DNA of 64,000 nt from a virus (Duplodnaviria; Caudoviricetes), in the IMG/VR virus record IMGVR_UViG_3300035498_000778, positions 1 through 64,000 of that record; one strand, 5' to 3'. A program made the position numbers and the translations under genes. The notes under the pieces were generated by a model. That model saw only the letters and a list, made by a program, of their open reading frames with translations. It was not told where the DNA came from and ran no database searches. Position 1 is the first letter of the stretch. Each line of letters starts with the position of its first letter. Of this stretch, positions 60,205 to 64,000 are shown one piece after another.

Positions 60205-60332
60205 TTATAAATCACATCCTTTCATTTTTAAAGAATTGTTAACATGTGGATAAATTAATACCTAGCAAACATTAAGTTAATCCTTTTGGATACAAATAAT
60301 AAACGAGAGTTAAATACGGAGGATGATTAAGT

Positions 60333-60776
60333 ATGTTGGATATTACTATTCATGATCGAGATAATGTGTGTGGTGTGGGACCCACAATAACCAGCGCGGC
60401 ATCTGACTATCTAGATAAAAAGCTAATTAAGCTAGGATTCATACATAAGAATTACGGAGAGGCATGTCGTGTTAATGAAATCTATACTTATTTAGCTATT
60501 GATGTTAATCCGACTTTCATATGTGATGCGATTAACGCGTTTAGGCTTTATACGTTGGATTATTATGACGATGACTGTAAAGACGACCTATTTGTATTTT
60601 TCAACGATTCGATGTATATAAATCAGGTTCCGACAAATGTGTTTGATAACAAATCATCATACATAATCACATTATTTATCAACGATAACAATTACGAAGG
60701 TTTGCACAATTTTGAACTTACAATATCAGAAACCCATTCAGAGTTAGATAACTATCTTAATAGAAATAAGAAATAA
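60333..60776 (+). CDS. hypothetical protein
   Basis: GGAGG SD; AACA-TTAAGT-TA at 60268-60279. Confidence 0.75.
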   Translation: MLDITIHDRDNVCGVGPTITSAASDYLDKKLIKLGFIHKNYGEACRVNEIYTYLAIDVNPTFICDAINAFRLYTLDYYDDDCKDDLFVFFNDSMYINQVPTNVFDNKSSYIITLFINDNNYEGLHNFELTISETHSELDNYLNRNKK

Positions 60777-60868
60777 CCGCATGAATAAGAGGCAATTTGT
60801 CTCTTATTCATTTTTATAATCTCATTTACATTAAGATAACGTTTAATTTAAAAAGGAGAATAATAGTA

Positions 60869-62062
60869 ATGGGCATAGAATTTAATAGCGGACAGCTTGA
60901 AGCTATATATAAAGCGGAAAAATGGTGGAAACATTCCACTAATCAGGTATTTGAAATATCCGGAGCGGCAGGTACAGGTAAGACAACATTAGTTAAGTAC
61001 ATTATAGAAAAACTGGGAATAGGATTAGAAAATACAGCGTTCGTAGCGTATATGGGAAAAGCGGCTATGCAATTGGCAAGGAACGGACTACCTGCAAAGA
61101 CTATTCACTCATTCATATACGACTGTATTCAAGAACCAGTGTGGGATGAAGAGGGTAAACCCGTATACACATCGGCAGGATATCAAAAAAGAAAGTTAGT
61201 ATTCAAGCTTAAAGATAAAGACACGATACCTGAGAACATAGAGCTTATTGTTGTAGATGAAGCGAGTATGGTTTCCAAGGAAATATCTGAAGATCTGATA
61301 AGCTTCGGAATTCCAATAATAGCAATGGGCGATTTAAACCAATTACCACCTGTATTCGGTAATAGTTATTTTCTAGTAAACCCAGATGTTATACTTACGC
61401 AGATAATGCGACAAGCAGAAGGCTCACCAATTATATATTTATCACAAGAAGTTCTTCATAACAGACAATTACAATCCGGTCAATATGGAGACTGCTCGGT
61501 TATGAAAAAATCAGATTTTCTTCCAGAAATGCTGAAAGATATGGATGTGGTTCTTACAGGAACAAACAAATTGAGATATAGTATTAATGACCTATACAGA
61601 TCTAATATATTGGATCTACGTAGACCTGAGATACCTAATGTTGGAGAAAAGTTGATATGCCGACGCAATAACTGGGATGTTTCTATCAAATCTAGGGACG
61701 ATGAATATTATCTTGTTAATGGCTTATCCGGAATAGTTGATTATAGCGACGTTTCGTCGTATAATGGGAAAAAAATGGAGATAGATTTTAAACCAGACTT
61801 TTTATCAAGGTCGTTTAAAAACCTCGTTATTGATTACAAGCATTTATTTGCACAGTACGGTACACCTGAATACGATGCAATCAACCTAGGAATGAATCCG
61901 TTTGAATTTGCATACGCTATTACCGTACATCTTTCACAAGGTTCACAATATGACAATGTTATGTTATTTGCAGAACGTGGGTCATTTGATAATAACACAT
62001 TTAAAAAACTGATGTATACAGGTATAACTAGAGCAAAGAAAAGGATTACAATTTTAATATAA
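60869..62062 (+). CDS. Dda/RecD2-like SF1B DNA helicase
   Basis: GAAGTGKT, VVDEASMV, GDLNQLPPV, LTQIMRQ, AYAITVHLSQGSQY, YTGITRAK. Confidence 0.9.
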   Translation: MGIEFNSGQLEAIYKAEKWWKHSTNQVFEISGAAGTGKTTLVKYIIEKLGIGLENTAFVAYMGKAAMQLARNGLPAKTIHSFIYDCIQEPVWDEEGKPVYTSAGYQKRKLVFKLKDKDTIPENIELIVVDEASMVSKEISEDLISFGIPIIAMGDLNQLPPVFGNSYFLVNPDVILTQIMRQAEGSPIIYLSQEVLHNRQLQSGQYGDCSVMKKSDFLPEMLKDMDVVLTGTNKLRYSINDLYRSNILDLRRPEIPNVGEKLICRRNNWDVSIKSRDDEYYLVNGLSGIVDYSDVSSYNGKKMEIDFKPDFLSRSFKNLVIDYKHLFAQYGTPEYDAINLGMNPFEFAYAITVHLSQGSQYDNVMLFAERGSFDNNTFKKLMYTGITRAKKRITILI

Positions 62063-62093
62063 TAGAGTCATTTGACTCTATTATATTTAATTT

Positions 62094-62128
62094 CCGTAAT
62101 AGTAAATGATTTATTTATATATTATAAT
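62094..62128 (+). promoter_or_regulatory. bipartite early promoter CCGTAAT-N14-TTATATATTATAAT
   Basis: Exact match with 14-nt spacer. Confidence 0.75.
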
Positions 62129-62174
62129 ATTGATAAGAAAGTTCGAGTAATAAAAAGATATGGAGGAAATGATT

Positions 62175-62360
62175 ATGAGAGAGCTTATCTATGATATTAT
62201 TATGGGAGTAAGTGAACATATGTTAAACGGTTATGAGCTTCTAGGTAACGCTTACTGGGTGCTATATATGTTTGGTATGTTATCAGTACTTACTCTTATA
62301 GTGATCTTTGACGATCACCAAAACGCAAAAAAGAAGAGTAAGAAAACTAAAAAGAGATAA
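62175..62360 (+). CDS. small TM protein with Lys-rich tail
   Basis: GGAGG SD; TM then AKKKSKKTKKR. Confidence 0.65.
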   Translation: MRELIYDIIMGVSEHMLNGYELLGNAYWVLYMFGMLSVLTLIVIFDDHQNAKKKSKKTKKR

Positions 62361-62474
62361 TTTGATTATCTCTTTTTTTCTTATTTTAAACGTAAAAATG
62401 ATTATATATTATAGCTGTGTGTGGGTAGAATATAAATTACAAACTTGTTTAAATTATGAAAGGTGGTAAATTCT

Positions 62475-62675
62475 ATGTTTGCGTTTGTATTAACCGTGAT
62501 AGTAACAGCTGTAACTTTTGGAACAGCTTGTGCGGTAACATTTGTGTTGGACTTATGTGGAGCTCTCTCAACTGTTATTGGTGCATGTCTCATTACATTG
62601 GTTCTGGTTGTATCTATCAAAGTAATGACCAAAATCCTTATGATTGCTCACAAGGTGTATGGTCTATTTAATTAA
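62475..62675 (+). CDS. small two-TM membrane protein
   Basis: Almost entirely hydrophobic; early core at 62402-62413. Confidence 0.6.
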   Translation: MFAFVLTVIVTAVTFGTACAVTFVLDLCGALSTVIGACLITLVLVVSIKVMTKILMIAHKVYGLFN

Positions 62676-62690
62676 AAAGGAGGACTTATT

Positions 62691-62957
62691 ATGGCAGATA
62701 TGTCAACAACCACAGCTGGTCTAATTCAATCATTCATGCCAAGCTGGATGACTTCAGGTACCGCTGTGTTAATTATGGTAATCATAGGTATAGTGTTCAA
62801 GTACAGGGTGGAGTTTCTAGCTGTAGCTCAGAATGTTCTCAATATCATACCAAAGAGAAAGAGCAAGAAGAAGACAATCAACAGTACTATCGATATGTTA
62901 GAAAAGAAGTACGGTAAGAAAAAAGTACGTAAAATATTAGCAAAGCGTTTCGGATAA
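62691..62957 (+). CDS. small TM protein with basic tail
   Basis: AGGAGG SD; TM then PKRKSKKK...KKKVRK. Confidence 0.7.
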   Translation: MADMSTTTAGLIQSFMPSWMTSGTAVLIMVIIGIVFKYRVEFLAVAQNVLNIIPKRKSKKKTINSTIDMLEKKYGKKKVRKILAKRFG

Positions 62958-63065
62958 AACCGAACAACAAGATTCCTTCAATATTCGTCTTTACAATACG
63001 TCTCAAAATTCAACGCACGGAATCAAGTTGAGCTGATAACTAAAAATAGAAAGGAGGTTTATATA

Positions 63066-63317
63066 ATGCCTTCTAATTCTATATCTATAGAAGATATGAT
63101 ACGTTCAGGCTTAGGGCTAATCGTATTTATATTGACTAGTTTATGTACTATATGTGATTGTATTGATAAGTTACAGGGTCGAAACACATCAAGTTATTAT
63201 GCTCCTTCAAAGAATTCTTTTGATGATATACTTAAAAAAGGGTCGAAAAGGAAGTCTAAAAAGAAGAAAAAGAAGAAGTATAAAACACACAAAGTATATA
63301 AACGATGTATCATATAA
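63066..63317 (+). CDS. small TM protein with poly-Lys tail
   Basis: AAGGAGG SD; KKGSKRKSKKKKKKKY. Confidence 0.7.
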   Translation: MPSNSISIEDMIRSGLGLIVFILTSLCTICDCIDKLQGRNTSSYYAPSKNSFDDILKKGSKRKSKKKKKKKYKTHKVYKRCII

Positions 63318-63334
63318 GAAAAGAGGTGAATTGT

Positions 63335-63910
63335 ATGGTAACATTAGTTGGCAAGTCGGCAAGATTTATGACGGCAATCGGATACTTGTCTTTGATATTA
63401 TTCGTTATATTTGTCATACCAGTTACTAAGTTGGTAATAAAGGGTATAAAGTATGATGAACTACAGGACCAAATCGACACTCTCAATAATAGTCTCGAGA
63501 ATGTTGTTGAGTCCGTAGAAATAGCTACTGATGCTATAAAGAAAAATCAAGATGACATAGCCGAGTTGACATCAGCATATAATGATTCCGCAGACGTTAT
63601 TAATGAATTAGTTGATATATGCAACGATGAAATTGCGGATGATGGCGATGAAGATGATAACGAAGACGATGGTGATAAAAATGATGTCACTATTCAAACA
63701 GTTATAGACACAGTTAACGAATTAGTCGAGCAATGTAACGGATATGACAAAAAGTTCGACAACCTATCAAGCGATGTTGAAGTATTAGGTAATAAGGTGG
63801 ATAAACTGAAACGTAAGCTTAAAGATTACGTAACGTTTGATAAGCTTTATGAACTATGTGAAAACGACGCTGATAGTGAAGACATAATGAAAGCCAAGGC
63901 TGATGCATAA
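63335..63910 (+). CDS. TM-anchored acidic coiled-coil protein
   Basis: GAGGTG SD; N-terminal TM, heptads, acidic insert. Confidence 0.75.
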   Translation: MVTLVGKSARFMTAIGYLSLILFVIFVIPVTKLVIKGIKYDELQDQIDTLNNSLENVVESVEIATDAIKKNQDDIAELTSAYNDSADVINELVDICNDEIADDGDEDDNEDDGDKNDVTIQTVIDTVNELVEQCNGYDKKFDNLSSDVEVLGNKVDKLKRKLKDYVTFDKLYELCENDADSEDIMKAKADA

Positions 63911-63962
63911 ATACACATCAGCCTAACATTTAATATAAAATAATAAAATTGGAGGAATTATT

Positions 63963-64000
63963 ATGAATAACAAGAAAATGATTAACAAGCTAGGTAAAAA
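63963..64000 (+). CDS. 3'-truncated ORF
   Basis: GGAGG SD then ATGAATAACAAG..., open to window end. Confidence 0.55.
   Translation, partial: MNNKKMINKLGK

Noticed and set aside
3089-61689. Numerous antisense or nested ORFs in the track (e.g. 3089..3490, 4156..4701, 32139..32831, 47293..47688)
   Set aside because: Shadow ORFs of long genes, without SD or promoter support
5764-62128. Host sigma-A promoters based on TATAAT
   Set aside because: No TTGACA-like -35 at 17 bp; conserved element is the longer TTATATATTATA core
62971-63040. Possible pseudoknot before 63066 (GATTCC/GGAATC with TTCAAC/GTTGAG)
   Set aside because: Linker geometry does not fit the family and pairings are short
1-64000. 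CRISPR array, tRNA/rRNA, integrase/transposase, reverse transcriptase, intron/intein
   Set aside because: No regularly spaced repeats, cloverleafs or catalytic motifs seen by eye; dispersed repeats are regulatory
1-64000. Stop-codon reassignment
   Set aside because: Long intact ORFs in code 11; TAG stops are followed by terminators or the next SD

Overview
This is a 64-kb AT-rich segment of a jumbo myophage of the AR9/PBS1/phiKZ-related type. The host is probably a Firmicute, judged from strong GGAGG Shine-Dalgarno sites, SH3b domains and a Clostridia-style dUTPase. Virion genes include the major capsid protein, tail sheath, tail tube, portal, baseplate proteins, an array of paralogous protease-processed inner-head proteins and a stand-alone RNAP beta' C-terminal subunit. 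Replication and accessory genes include a family-B DNA polymerase split into two genes 22 kb apart on opposite strands, a primase, SbcC/Rad50, a Dda/RecD2-like helicase, a probable SSB, dUTPase, GroEL, a probable AR9 gp226-like promoter-specificity subunit and a NADAR protein. Two phage promoter classes can be read directly: late AACA-N6-TA (19 exact copies, plus 4 TACA variants) and early TTATATATTATA, five copies of which carry an upstream CCGTAAT box at an invariant 14-nt spacing. The most striking unexplained structure is a family of seven H-type pseudoknot 5' leaders with compensatory base changes, each directly upstream of the Shine-Dalgarno of an early accessory gene. Three of them belong to a near-identical ~120-142-bp promoter+pseudoknot+RBS cassette fused to unrelated cargo genes. 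All functional calls come from motif recognition by eye; no database search was run.
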